Of a stretch of 64,000 nucleotides of DNA, positions 46,538-56,079 are shown in pieces. The notes beneath the pieces were generated by a model, which had not been told where the DNA came from, ran no database searches, and saw only the letters and a program-made list of their open reading frames with translations. The DNA is taken from the NCBI GenBank assembly GCA_036565085.1, contig DATCNU010000027.1, positions 2,846 to 66,845 on the forward strand, given 5' to 3'. Numbering within the stretch: the first letter of the stretch is position 1; the number at the start of each line of letters is the position of its first letter. Position numbers and translations under genes: made by a program. Source of the DNA: Arthrobacter sp. (GTDB lineage Bacteria; Actinomycetota; Actinomycetes; Actinomycetales; Micrococcaceae).

Positions 46538-46837
46538 TCAGTCGACCGGCTGGAGCCAGGTGAGGACGGAACCGTCACCCTCGATGTGCTCCGCGAGCTC
46601 CCCGTTGAACCGGGCACCGTAGTCGGCGCCGATGTGTTCCTCGAATGCCGCTTCATCGCGGTAGACCTCGAACACGAAGTATTCCCGCGGGTTGGTTTCG
46701 CGGGTGTAGGGCAGGAACATGACGTTCCCGGGTTCCCGGCGGACGTGGCCGGTGAGCTCTGCCATCATTTCGGCCACCCTCGCTTCGCTGCCTTCCCTGA
46801 CGGTGAATTCCGCGTACAGTGTTTTGACCATGCCCAT
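46538..46837 (-). CDS. ABM-family (putative quinol monooxygenase) protein
   Basis: VRREPGN, VFEVYRDEAAFEEH. Confidence 0.82.
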   Translation of the reverse strand: MGMVKTLYAEFTVREGSEARVAEMMAELTGHVRREPGNVMFLPYTRETNPREYFVFEVYRDEAAFEEHIGADYGARFNGELAEHIEGDGSVLTWLQPVD

Positions 46838-46878
46838 TCCTTTGCTTGGTTGGTTCGGCTGTCTTGCAGAGTTGGTTG

Positions 46879-47946
46879 TTAGTTCAGCGGCGGGATCTCG
46901 CCGGATCCCCTGGCGATCAGTTCTGACGGGACGATGTAGGTTTTCGGGGCGCCGTCGTCCCCGTCGATTCTGGCGAGGATCCGTTCGGCGGCGAGTTTGC
47001 CGATGCGCTCGGGGTGCTGGGCGATCACGGTGATCCCGGGTTCCATCATGTCGGCCAGGGTGAAGTCGTCAAATCCGATCAAGGCAACCTTGTGATGTAG
47101 CCCAAGGGATCTCAGTGCGCGCATGGCACCGAAGGTGATCAGGTTTTGGCTGGAGAAGATTGCGGTGGGAGGGTTCTCCGAGGTGAGCAGCTCGAGCGCT
47201 GCCCGAAGGGCGGTCTCCTCGTCGTGGAGCCCGTTGCGCACCGGGATGGTTGATGTCGCGATGCCGGCCCTGCCGATTTCCTCCAGGAACCCCGTGCGGC
47301 GTTTGTTTGCCGTCTGGATGTCTGTCCGGTCACCGAGGTAGGCGAGCCTGGTGTGGCCGTGGCGGATGAGGTGCGCGGCCGCCTTTGAGGCGCCTACCTC
47401 ATTGTCCGTGACCACCGCGTCGGCTTCGATGCCTACCGGCTCGCGGTCGATGAACACCATGGGCAGGGACCGCGAGTGCTCCGGGATGGCGTATGCCTGG
47501 CTTCTGGCGATCGGGGTCAGGACAAGTCCGTCGACCCGGCGGCCCAGGAAAGCGGAGATCAGCTTCTTTTCCCGTTGCGGGTCGTCATCCAGACTCGAGG
47601 CGAAAACCGCAATCCCGCGCTCGGTCAACGCGTCTTCCATGGCACGGTGGATCTCTCCGCTGAAGGGGTTGGACACACTGGGGAGCAACAACCCGATCGA
47701 CTGGGTTTTGCGTCCGGATCGTTTCAGGCTGCCCGCGGCCATATCGAGGTGATACTGCAGCTGTTCGGTGGCCCTGAGGACCCGCTGGCGGGTTTCCTCA
47801 GAAACGCCGGGTTCGTTGTTCACGACTCTCGAGACCGTTTTGATCCCTACTCCAGCGAGATCCGCGACGTTTTTCATCGTCGGCGGTCTCCGACCGGAAA
47901 CGGATTGGTAACGATTAGACACCGTTGTCAACGAACTGCTCCTCAT
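46879..47946 (-). CDS. LacI-family regulator (start uncertain, 47877-47946)
   Basis: TMKNVADLAGVGIKTVSRVVN, RVDGL, IGFDD. Confidence 0.92.
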   Translation of the reverse strand: MRSSSLTTVSNRYQSVSGRRPPTMKNVADLAGVGIKTVSRVVNNEPGVSEETRQRVLRATEQLQYHLDMAAGSLKRSGRKTQSIGLLLPSVSNPFSGEIHRAMEDALTERGIAVFASSLDDDPQREKKLISAFLGRRVDGLVLTPIARSQAYAIPEHSRSLPMVFIDREPVGIEADAVVTDNEVGASKAAAHLIRHGHTRLAYLGDRTDIQTANKRRTGFLEEIGRAGIATSTIPVRNGLHDEETALRAALELLTSENPPTAIFSSQNLITFGAMRALRSLGLHHKVALIGFDDFTLADMMEPGITVIAQHPERIGKLAAERILARIDGDDGAPKTYIVPSELIARGSGEIPPLN

Positions 47947-48007
47947 CTTCGATTAACACTTGACTCCATAGTGTGATCTTGGTTACATGATACATGACAT
48001 CGTTGTC
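47918..48007. promoter_or_regulatory. Two LacI operators flanking a CRP/GlxR site
   Basis: GACACCGTTGTC 47918-47929, GACATCGTTGTC 47996-48007; TGTGA-TCTTGG-TTACA 47972-47987; TTGACT 47960-47965. Confidence 0.72.
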
Positions 48008-48043
48008 TGGGGCCGGAAAGGCGCCACAAACACAGGAGTTTCA

Positions 48044-49159
48044 ATGTTGAGTTCCAAAGCCCCGAGGCCGGCCGCGACCCGCCTTCTTGCCGCCGGCGCA
48101 GTCCTGACCCTCGGCGCACTTAGCTTGACCGCCTGCGGAGGCAGTTCCTCCAGCTCTTCCTCCAGCGCAGGCGCCGCCGGCAAGGTCGGCGTTTCGCTTA
48201 TCGTGAAGACCACATCCAACCCGTACTTCGTGGCGATGGAGGACGGCGCGAAGAAGGCAGCCGAGGGGGGCAACATCGACCTGAAGCTCGCCGCAGGCAA
48301 GTCCGACGGCGACGAGGACACCCAGATCCAGGCCATCGAAAACGCCATCTCCAAGGGCGACAAGGGCATCCTGATCACCCCGAACGGTCCGGCCGTCGTC
48401 GACGCGATCAAGAAGGCCCGCGATGCCGGGCTGTTCGTGATCGCACTGGACACCCCGCCGGACCCGGCCAGTGCCGTGGACATCACCTTCGCGACCGATA
48501 ACTTCGCCGCGGGCAAGCAGATCGGCCAGTGGACCGCGGCGCAGCTGGCTGGCAAGAAGGCCACCATCGCCTTGGTTGACCTGTTCAGCGACAAGGTCGT
48601 GTCCGTCGACTACAACCGCGACCAGGGGTTCCTGACCGGGATGGGCATCGACCCCGCCGACAAGACGAAGAACGGCGACGAGGCCAAGACGGGCAAGTAC
48701 ACGGGCGGTAAGGGCGGGGACTACGAGATCGCCGGCAACCAGGCCTCCCAGGGCGCCGAGGACGGCGGCCGGACTGCGATGGAAACCCTGCTGTCGAAGA
48801 ACCCCAACATCAACGTCGTCTACACGATCAACGAACCCGCCGCGGCGGGTGCCTATGAGGCACTGAAGGCTGCGGGCAAGGAAAAGGGTGTGCTGGTCGT
48901 CTCGATTGACGGAGGCTGCGCAGGCGTCAACAACGTCAAGTCCGGAATCATCGGTGCCACGGCCCAGCAGTACCCCGTGAAGATGGCCCAGTTGGGCGTC
49001 CAGGCCATTCAGGACCTGGCCACCTCGGGCAAGAAGCCCACGGTCTCCGCCGGCCTGGACTTCTTCAACACCGGCTCGGCGCTGGTCACTGACAAGGCAG
49101 TTGCCGGACTGGACAGCATCGACACTACGGCCGCTTCCCAGATCTGCTGGGGCAAGTAG
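48044..49159 (+). CDS. Monosaccharide (fructose-type, FrcB-like) ABC substrate-binding lipoprotein
   Basis: Lipobox LTAC, NPYFVAM, TFATDNF, YTINEPAA, SIDGGC, TAQQYP. Confidence 0.88.
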   Translation: MLSSKAPRPAATRLLAAGAVLTLGALSLTACGGSSSSSSSSAGAAGKVGVSLIVKTTSNPYFVAMEDGAKKAAEGGNIDLKLAAGKSDGDEDTQIQAIENAISKGDKGILITPNGPAVVDAIKKARDAGLFVIALDTPPDPASAVDITFATDNFAAGKQIGQWTAAQLAGKKATIALVDLFSDKVVSVDYNRDQGFLTGMGIDPADKTKNGDEAKTGKYTGGKGGDYEIAGNQASQGAEDGGRTAMETLLSKNPNINVVYTINEPAAAGAYEALKAAGKEKGVLVVSIDGGCAGVNNVKSGIIGATAQQYPVKMAQLGVQAIQDLATSGKKPTVSAGLDFFNTGSALVTDKAVAGLDSIDTTAASQICWGK

Positions 49160-49172
49160 CCCCTCCCTTTGC

Positions 49173-49203
49173 GCGGGGAGACGTCCCAAAGGCGTCTCCC
49201 CGC
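49173..49203 (+). other. Intercistronic hairpin after the SBP gene
   Basis: GCGGGGAGACGTC...GGCGTCTCCCCGC. Confidence 0.55.
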
Positions 49204-49257
49204 AGCACGCCCAGCGCGTCAACAGTTACGGAATACGGAAGTTCAGGAGCAATTCAA

Positions 49258-50304
49258 GTGACCCAGCAACAGACCGCCGGCCCGCCCAACGCCGGGCATG
49301 CTGACTTGGCCGAGGAATTCCTCGACCGCCAGACCCCTCTCAGCAGAATCCGCAATGTTCTCCACCGCTACCCTGCCCTCAGCCCCGCCATTGTGCTGCT
49401 GATCGCGGTAGTGGTCTTCGGCGTCCTCAATGACCGTTTCCTGCGGGTGGAGAACCTGTCCCTCATCACGCAGCAGGTAGCGGTGGTGGGCACCCTGGCC
49501 ATAGCCCAGACCCTCATCATCCTGACCGCCGGAATCGACCTCTCTGTCGGCGCCGTCATGATTCTGTCCTCGATGGTGATCGCCCAACTCGCGGTCAACA
49601 ACGGCATCCCCGGACCGCTGGCACTCATTGCAGGTCTCGCTGTCGGTCTTGCCGCCGGCGCACTCAACGGCTTCCTGGTGACGAGATTCCGGCTCCCACC
49701 GTTCATCGTCACCCTGGGAACGCTGAACATTTTTGTCGCCCTGACGCTCCTCTACTCTGGCGGCAGCACCGTCCGCGGATCCGCGATGCCAGGTGTCCTC
49801 ACCCTGCTGGGAAGCACGTTCCCGGTCGGACCCGTCCGAATCTCCACCGGCGTCGTCATGATGCTGCTGCTCTACATCGTTGTCGCTTTCATCCTGGGCA
49901 AGACGGCCTGGGGACGGCACGTCTACGCTGTGGGCGATGACAAGGAAGCGGCCCGTCTTGCCGGTATTCCCGTCAGCCGCGTCCTGATGAGCGTCTACCT
50001 GGCCGCTGGCGCAGTCCTTGCCGTCGGAGCGTGGATCCAGATCGGCCGGACGAATGCCGCCAGCCCCAACGGGGGTGTGGACCTGAACCTGGACTCCATC
50101 ACCGCCGTCGTGATCGGCGGAACCAGCCTCTTCGGCGGCCGCGGCTCGATCTGGGGCTCGCTCCTGGGCGCACTGATCGTGGGCGTGTTCCGCAACGGCC
50201 TCTCACTTGCCGGGCTGGACGTCCTCTACCAGACCCTCGCCGTAGGCATCCTGATCATTGTCGCTGTGTCCATCGACCAGTGGATCCGAAAGGTGAAATC
50301 ATGA
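49258..50304 (+). CDS. Sugar ABC permease (FrcC-like)
   Basis: GIDLSVGA, PPFIVTLG, GRHVYAVG, AVVIGGTSLFGG. Confidence 0.92.
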   Translation: MTQQQTAGPPNAGHADLAEEFLDRQTPLSRIRNVLHRYPALSPAIVLLIAVVVFGVLNDRFLRVENLSLITQQVAVVGTLAIAQTLIILTAGIDLSVGAVMILSSMVIAQLAVNNGIPGPLALIAGLAVGLAAGALNGFLVTRFRLPPFIVTLGTLNIFVALTLLYSGGSTVRGSAMPGVLTLLGSTFPVGPVRISTGVVMMLLLYIVVAFILGKTAWGRHVYAVGDDKEAARLAGIPVSRVLMSVYLAAGAVLAVGAWIQIGRTNAASPNGGVDLNLDSITAVVIGGTSLFGGRGSIWGSLLGALIVGVFRNGLSLAGLDVLYQTLAVGILIIVAVSIDQWIRKVKS

Positions 50305-51095
50305 CCGCCACACACGCTGAAAAGGCCGGAACAGAGCTCCGCCAGCCCATCCTGAAAGCCAGGAACCTGGTCAAGACCTTCGGCCGGGTCGTGGGCCTGG
50401 ACGGGGTCAGCCTGGACCTGTACCCCGGCGAAGTCCTGGCCGTCATCGGAGACAACGGTGCCGGCAAGTCCACCCTGATCAAGTGCCTCACGGGAGCAGA
50501 AATCCCCGACACAGGTGAAATCTATGTATCGGGACAGCAGGTGCACTTCAAGCGGCCGCAGGACGCCCGGGTCCACGGCATCGAAACGGTCTACCAGAAC
50601 CTGGCCGTCTCGCCGGCCCTCGATGTCGCCTCGAACCTGTTCCTCGGCCGCGAGGAACGGCTCCCCGGACCGCTCGGAAGCCTGTTCCGTATGCTCGACA
50701 CCAAAGGAATGCGCCGGAAGGCCAAGGAGGAGCTGAGCCGGCTGGGTATCTCCACGCTCCAGGATGTGACAGTGCCGGTCGAGAACCTGTCCGGCGGCCA
50801 GCGCCAGGCTGTCGCGGTGGCACGTGCCGCCGCATTCGGTTCCAAGGTGGTTGTGCTGGACGAGCCGACGGCGGCACTCGGCGTCCGGGAATCGAACCAG
50901 GTCCTGCAGCTGGTCAGGGACCTCCGGGACCGGGGGCTGCCCGTCATCCTGATCAGCCACAACATGCCGCATGTCTTTGATGTGGCCGACAGGATCCACA
51001 TCCAGCGACTGGGCAAGTGCGCCGCAACCATCACGCCGGAATCGCACACCATGACCGACGCTGTAGCCATCATGACCGGCGCCGCCACAGCCTGA
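50301..51095 (+). CDS. Sugar ABC ATP-binding protein (FrcA-like)
   Basis: GDNGAGKS, LSGGQ, LDEPT; ATGA overlap. Confidence 0.93.
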   Translation: MTATHAEKAGTELRQPILKARNLVKTFGRVVGLDGVSLDLYPGEVLAVIGDNGAGKSTLIKCLTGAEIPDTGEIYVSGQQVHFKRPQDARVHGIETVYQNLAVSPALDVASNLFLGREERLPGPLGSLFRMLDTKGMRRKAKEELSRLGISTLQDVTVPVENLSGGQRQAVAVARAAAFGSKVVVLDEPTAALGVRESNQVLQLVRDLRDRGLPVILISHNMPHVFDVADRIHIQRLGKCAATITPESHTMTDAVAIMTGAATA

Positions 51096-51192
51096 CCAGG
51101 CTGACCGGATCCTTGTAGGAATCCGCACACCTCCCCAACTCCGTCCGCGGGCCTGCCAGGGCCCGCGGACGGCTCCATGAAAGGCGCTCCCC

Positions 51193-52119
51193 GTGCTCCC
51201 GAACTCCCGCACACCCATTAATGCAACCACCCCGGAGGTCGTCGTTATCGGCGAAGCGCTGGTGGACGTCGTCACTTCCGAACGCGGCACCATAGAGCAC
51301 CCGGGCGGATCACCCATGAATGTCGCCTACGGCCTGGGCCGGCTCGGCATCCCCACCGCCCTGCTGACCTCCCTCGGCGACGACGTGCGGGGTGCAGCCA
51401 TCGAAGCCCATCTCCGCAGCGCCGGCGTCGAGCTCCTGCCAGGCTCAAGGTCCGCCGGCAGCACAGCCTCCGCCACCGCGACCCTCGCCGCCGACGGCTC
51501 TGCGAGCTATGACTTCGACATCCGCTGGGAGCTTGCGCCGGTGGCCCCCACGCACTTGCCCAAGGTTCTCCACACTGGATCGATCGCCACGTTTCTGTCG
51601 CCTGGTGCTGCAGCGGTGAAGGCGCTCCTGGAGCAGTCGCACCGGGAATGCATGGTCACCTACGACCCCAACATCCGGCCGGCCCTGCTGGGCAGCCAGT
51701 CCGAGGCCCGGTCGATCTTCGAGGACCTCGTTCCGCTGACAGACGTCGTCAAACTCAGCGATGAGGATGCTGCGTGGCTCTATCCGGCCCTCACCCTTGA
51801 GGAAACCGCGGCCAGGATCCTCGGGCTGGGCGCCGGACTGGCCGTGGTGACGCGCGGATCGGACGGTTCACTGCTGACCACCCCGACCACCACTCTGCAC
51901 GTCCCCTCCATCAGGTCAGCAGTCGCGGACACCATCGGCGCGGGTGATTCCTACATGGCGGCCCTGATCTACGGGCTGCTGAAGCGCCGGACGGAAGGGC
52001 TGGGGAATGACGTCCTGGAACACCTCGGCCGCACCGCGACCAAAGCGGCGGCCATCACCGTCCGCCGACCCGGCGCCAACCCGCCCACCGTGGCGGAACT
52101 GATGGCGGACCTGAACTAG
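51193..52119 (+). CDS. PfkB-family carbohydrate kinase (fructokinase-like)
   Basis: IGEALVD, GGSPMNVA, YDPNIR, DTIGAGD. Confidence 0.9.
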   Translation: MLPNSRTPINATTPEVVVIGEALVDVVTSERGTIEHPGGSPMNVAYGLGRLGIPTALLTSLGDDVRGAAIEAHLRSAGVELLPGSRSAGSTASATATLAADGSASYDFDIRWELAPVAPTHLPKVLHTGSIATFLSPGAAAVKALLEQSHRECMVTYDPNIRPALLGSQSEARSIFEDLVPLTDVVKLSDEDAAWLYPALTLEETAARILGLGAGLAVVTRGSDGSLLTTPTTTLHVPSIRSAVADTIGAGDSYMAALIYGLLKRRTEGLGNDVLEHLGRTATKAAAITVRRPGANPPTVAELMADLN

Positions 52120-52259
52120 CCCGGTCCGGGACCCGTGACATGGCCGTGGGGAGGGCAACCGGTCCGGTCCTGGGATCGTTCGCGGCTCCTGCCCTTGTAG
52201 GTTCTGAATCGCGGACAAGCTGGGGATTGGCGGGGGCGTTCCGGCCCGGGAGCCGACGG

Positions 52260-53012
52260 CTATTCGTCGAAGTACGTGAAGGTCGCGTCGGCCCCTGAAA
52301 TTGAGGACACGACGCGCGCGGCCACATCCTGGATCTTGATGTTGCGGGTGTTCGAGGCGTGCAGCAGGACCTTGAACGCCGCGTTCTGGCTGCAGCGGTT
52401 CTTGGCCATGATGGCGCCCGTGGCGAGATCGATGATCGTCCGGGACTTCATTGCTGCCCTCATATTGTCCCGGGTCTCCTGCAACTGACCCAGTCTCAAC
52501 GCGAGCTGCAGCCCCTTGGACGCCTGCTCGACAAAGGCCTCCACCCTCGCAATGGCCTGCCCGCTGAAGGCGTGGGGCTGCTTGCTGTACAGGTTTAGCG
52601 CGCCCTGGCTGGGACTATCCAGCGGCAGCGGCACACCGACAACAGACAGCGTCTCCAGCCCGTTGACCGCCTGGACGTAGGCGGGCCAGCGCTTCTCCCG
52701 CCTCAGATCAGGCACGAGGACGGTCACCCTGTCGCGCATGGCCGTCAGGCATGGCCCGTCCCCATACTGGTGCTGCAACTGGTCCATCACCCGGGCACAA
52801 GGGCTGCTGCCGGCCATGGTGGTGGCTTTCTTCTGCCTGACGACGGAAATCCCGCAGGATACCGTCCGTCCGGGACCGCTGAGCCGGGCCGCGGAGTACG
52901 CGGCCAGTTCGTCAAGGAACTGCCCAACTTCACGGCTGTCCAACACCAGATCCTGAAGGTGCTGGGCAACATCGGTGAATACTTCATTTTCTGCGACTTC
53001 GGCAGCTGCCAA
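52260..53012 (-). CDS. GAF and ANTAR domain protein
   Basis: DGPCLTAM, RWPAY, ALNLYS, AMKSRTIIDLATGAIM; TTG start after GGGGAGG. Confidence 0.88.
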   Translation of the reverse strand: MAAAEVAENEVFTDVAQHLQDLVLDSREVGQFLDELAAYSAARLSGPGRTVSCGISVVRQKKATTMAGSSPCARVMDQLQHQYGDGPCLTAMRDRVTVLVPDLRREKRWPAYVQAVNGLETLSVVGVPLPLDSPSQGALNLYSKQPHAFSGQAIARVEAFVEQASKGLQLALRLGQLQETRDNMRAAMKSRTIIDLATGAIMAKNRCSQNAAFKVLLHASNTRNIKIQDVAARVVSSISGADATFTYFDE

Positions 53013-53231
53013 GGTCCCCCCTCCCCTGTAACAGTGCGTGCCCGAAAAACGACAACCGGCGACGCAAGGCCCGTCTGCTGCAATGACGGTAACCACAGCA
53101 TACTCCGGCCCAATTCGGGGCAAAATGTCAAGCAAAAGTCCAGGCGCGGCACGCATTCGGGAATCCGTCCGGCCCTTCCGCCGTTAACCCTATGCGCGGG
53201 TAAGTGCCCCGCGCCTTGAATAAGGAACGGA

Positions 53232-53675
53232 ATGAGCAGGAAGTTTGAATCAGTAGAGGACGACGCCGGCAAGGTCACCCGCTATGTGCGGCACCCCAAC
53301 GGAGGCGGACTTGTCGGGCCAGGGGCGCACGTCGCTGAAAGTGCCCGTATCGGTTCCATGACCTATGTGGAGCCCGGTGCACACATCGGTTTTGGCTCGC
53401 GGGTGGGCCATGGAAGCTGGATCGACCGCGAGGCGCAGGTTGGTGACCGGACCGTGATCGGCGATGGCGTGTACGTAGGCCATGGAACAGTCATCGGCAG
53501 CCGCGTCCATATTGGGAGCCATTCGCGGATCGGCGCCGGCGCTCTCATCGCCCACGGCGCCCATGTGCATGCGGACAGCAGGGTGCCCGAGGGCGGGCGC
53601 ATCACGGCGGAGGCAACCCGCCGCCGCGATGCGGGCAGGCGCGCCGGCAGGCCGCAACGCCGGCTGGCCGCCTAG
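53232..53675 (+). CDS. Hexapeptide-repeat (left-handed beta-helix) protein
   Basis: Repeated [IV]G-x-x-x-x units throughout; AAGGA RBS. Confidence 0.8.
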   Translation: MSRKFESVEDDAGKVTRYVRHPNGGGLVGPGAHVAESARIGSMTYVEPGAHIGFGSRVGHGSWIDREAQVGDRTVIGDGVYVGHGTVIGSRVHIGSHSRIGAGALIAHGAHVHADSRVPEGGRITAEATRRRDAGRRAGRPQRRLAA

Positions 53676-53727
53676 CGGCGCCGGCATTTCCCGCTCGGGT
53701 ACATCACGGCCGTCCGGCTGGCTGCGC

Positions 53728-54714
53728 TCAGTACTTCCTCAGGTCCAGGGGTCCCTGCCCGTGCCAGCGGTCACGAAGCAGGGCGGTGCACCGGCCGAGC
53801 AGCCGGTTCAGTTCCCCTGTGCTGCTGGACAAGGAGCGCATCACCAGCCCGGTGGTCCCGGACACGCTGCGTGTCAGCGACACCCCTGTGCAGGCGTCAT
53901 GGTCCGCAGTGATCCGTTGCAGCTCATCGGCGAGCGCCTGGTCCACCCGGGCATCCACCACTATGAGCGAGCCGACATGGCTGAACCCCTCCATGTATCC
54001 CATGCCGGTGACGTCGTTGAGGGGAGGCCTGATCAGGAGGTTGTCGAGGACCAGCAACGTTGGCCCGGCCGGTCCTCCGCCGCCGTCCACCCAGATTTCG
54101 TTGCGGAGCCGCAGCTCCTCATACCGGAAGGACGCGCCGTCGGGCGACCAGCCGGGTGTCACCACCTCAGCCATGACCAGGCTCGACGACGGGCGCACCG
54201 TGATGTGGGTATTCTGCCGATAGCTTGCCTCCCGGTAGGCGATCAGCTGATCCGGCACCAGTTCCAGCCGCGCCGCCTCCCCCAGCCGCACAGTCATCCG
54301 CTGCTCGGCAAAAGAGCCGGGCGTCCGATAGACCTTGGTGGCTGACTGGGTGGTCAGCAGCAGCGACGCCCCGGCCCCCACCTCCACATCCAGACGGTAA
54401 AGGTCGGCTCCAAGACAGGCCCCGCCCGGATTCACGAGGACATAACAAACCTGCCCGGAGTCATCGAGATAATGCGGCCGGAGCACCCGTAAAGCACCCC
54501 GGTGATACTGATGCGTCGCGACTGACCGCTGACCTCGCTGACCAATACTCAAGGCGAGCTCCCCCATAGGCGGCCTGTCAGCGCAAGCGGAACCGGGGAT
54601 AAGGGGCCGCGGCGTGGTGGGCACCGCGAAGCGGGCACGGCCCCTTATCCCCGGTGAAGCGCCGGCCGCCGAACCGTTCGCTGCTTGTGGCGACCCGACC
54701 GCCGTCGTGCTCAT
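53728..54714 (-). CDS. ureD: Urease accessory protein UreD
   Basis: [24 protein letters not shown]; ATGA overlap with ureG (alternative start 54567). Confidence 0.9.
   Translation of the reverse strand: MSTTAVGSPQAANGSAAGASPGIRGRARFAVPTTPRPLIPGSACADRPPMGELALSIGQRGQRSVATHQYHRGALRVLRPHYLDDSGQVCYVLVNPGGACLGADLYRLDVEVGAGASLLLTTQSATKVYRTPGSFAEQRMTVRLGEAARLELVPDQLIAYREASYRQNTHITVRPSSSLVMAEVVTPGWSPDGASFRYEELRLRNEIWVDGGGGPAGPTLLVLDNLLIRPPLNDVTGMGYMEGFSHVGSLIVVDARVDQALADELQRITADHDACTGVSLTRSVSGTTGLVMRSLSSSTGELNRLLGRCTALLRDRWHGQGPLDLRKY
54592..54655. repeat. Palindromic element (family A) inside the 5' part of ureD
   Basis: Perfect 18-bp IR ACCGGGGATAAGGGGCCG / CGGCCCCTTATCCCCGGT with a 28-nt loop containing CCGC-GAA-GCGG. 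Confidence 0.85.
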
Positions 54715-55328
54715 GAGGCGAGATCGAGCATCAGGACGTCGCGGCGGAGCCACCCAATGACCGCGTCCAGGCCTTCGTCCGTCTTGAGGTTGGTGAAGCA
54801 GAACGGTTTGGCGCCCCTGAAGTCGCGTGAGTCCCGTTCCATGACGGAGAGGTCGGCGCCGACGTGGGGTGCGAGGTCGGTTTTGTTGATGATGAACAGG
54901 TCGGACTTGATCATGCCCTGGCCGGCTTTGCGGGGGATCTTCTCGCCCTGGGCCACGTCGATGATGTAGATGGAGAAGTCCACGAGCTCGGGGCTGAACG
55001 TGGCGGAGAGGTTGTCGCCGCCGGATTCCACGAAAATCACCTGCAGGTCCGGGTGCCGGCCCTTGAGTTCCTCGATGGCGGCAGAGTTCATGGACGTGTC
55101 TTCGCGGATGGCGGTGTGCGGGCAGCCGCCGGTTTCGACGCCGATGATCCGGTCCTCGGGCAGGATCCCGTTGGCGGCCAGGATCTTGGCGTCCTCGATC
55201 GTGTAGATGTCGTTGGTGATGGCAGCCATGGAGATTTCGCCGCTCATGTGGCGGGTGAGCCGCTCCACCAGCTGGGTCTTGCCGGCACCCACGGGGCCAC
55301 CGACGCCGATTTTGATGGGTTCAGTCAT
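54711..55328 (-). CDS. ureG: Urease accessory GTPase UreG
   Basis: [31 protein letters not shown]. Confidence 0.97.
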   Translation of the reverse strand: MTEPIKIGVGGPVGAGKTQLVERLTRHMSGEISMAAITNDIYTIEDAKILAANGILPEDRIIGVETGGCPHTAIREDTSMNSAAIEELKGRHPDLQVIFVESGGDNLSATFSPELVDFSIYIIDVAQGEKIPRKAGQGMIKSDLFIINKTDLAPHVGADLSVMERDSRDFRGAKPFCFTNLKTDEGLDAVIGWLRRDVLMLDLAS

Positions 55329-55340
55329 TCTTTCCTCCTG

Positions 55341-56009
55341 CTAGCTCATGAACATGCGGGCGCGTTGACGTTCGTGCCGCATTTGCGAAATCTCCAGCCC
55401 GGGGCTGACGGCCCCGAAGTCGGCCGGAGTCAGGTGACCGATCTCCCCGACGGCGGCAGCGACGCCGTCGGCCGCTTTCCGCAGCAGCCGCTGGCCGGCG
55501 TTCTGGCCCAGCGGGATGGCGCGGACCGCGTTCTGCACCAGAGCGGTGACGGCGGCAAAAAGGTAGGCGGCCAGCGCTTCCGCAAGCGGAACCCCCAATG
55601 AACGGGCGACGACGGCGAACGCCAGCGGCTGATGGCCGGCGGCCCGCCCCGCGGTTACCAGGTCCCGGTACCGTTCCAGCCCGGGCGACGGAAAGACCTC
55701 CGAGCCGATCTCCAGCAGCCGGGTTCCCATCTTGATGCTGGCCTCGCGTACTTGACGAGGCAAGAGCTGGGCAGACAAGAGCTCATCCAACTCCCCCACA
55801 TCAGCACCCTCATAAAGAAAGCGGATAGCCAGCCCATCCGAGTACGTCAGCGACTGCGAGACAAAAGCGGACAACCACACCCCAAAACCAGCCTCATCAG
55901 CAACCACCCCGGCGTCGACATAGCTCTCAAACCCAAAAGAGTGCGCAAAAGCCCCGGTAGGAAGCGCAGAGTCAGTGAGTTGCTGCAGTGCAAGCTGATA
56001 ACCGCTCAC
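55341..56009 (-). CDS. ureF: Urease accessory protein UreF
   Basis: DSALPTGAFAHSFGFE, AVRAIPLGQ, HERQRARMFMS; GTG start. Confidence 0.93.
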   Translation of the reverse strand: MSGYQLALQQLTDSALPTGAFAHSFGFESYVDAGVVADEAGFGVWLSAFVSQSLTYSDGLAIRFLYEGADVGELDELLSAQLLPRQVREASIKMGTRLLEIGSEVFPSPGLERYRDLVTAGRAAGHQPLAFAVVARSLGVPLAEALAAYLFAAVTALVQNAVRAIPLGQNAGQRLLRKAADGVAAAVGEIGHLTPADFGAVSPGLEISQMRHERQRARMFMS

Positions 56010-56079
56010 TGAACCGCCGCCCACGGCCCCATATCCCTCGCGGCGTCCCAAGCCGTGGGAACGGGGGAAGGTTCAGTGA
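56006..56079. repeat. Hairpin joining the ureE stop and ureF start; contains a family A motif
   Basis: TCACTGAACC/GGTTCAGTGA outer IR, CCCACGGC/GCCGTGGG inner IR; CACGGCCCCATATCCC matches 54636-54651 at 15/16. Confidence 0.75.

Noticed and set aside
53061-53092. Possible ANTAR dual-hairpin target (loops AAGGCC and AATGAC with A1/G4)
   Set aside because: The closing stems do not pair properly and the position relative to a transcript is unclear
53728-56009. ureD or ureF as pseudogenes because of odd codon usage and the insertion
   Set aside because: Both frames are open and full length with conserved motifs
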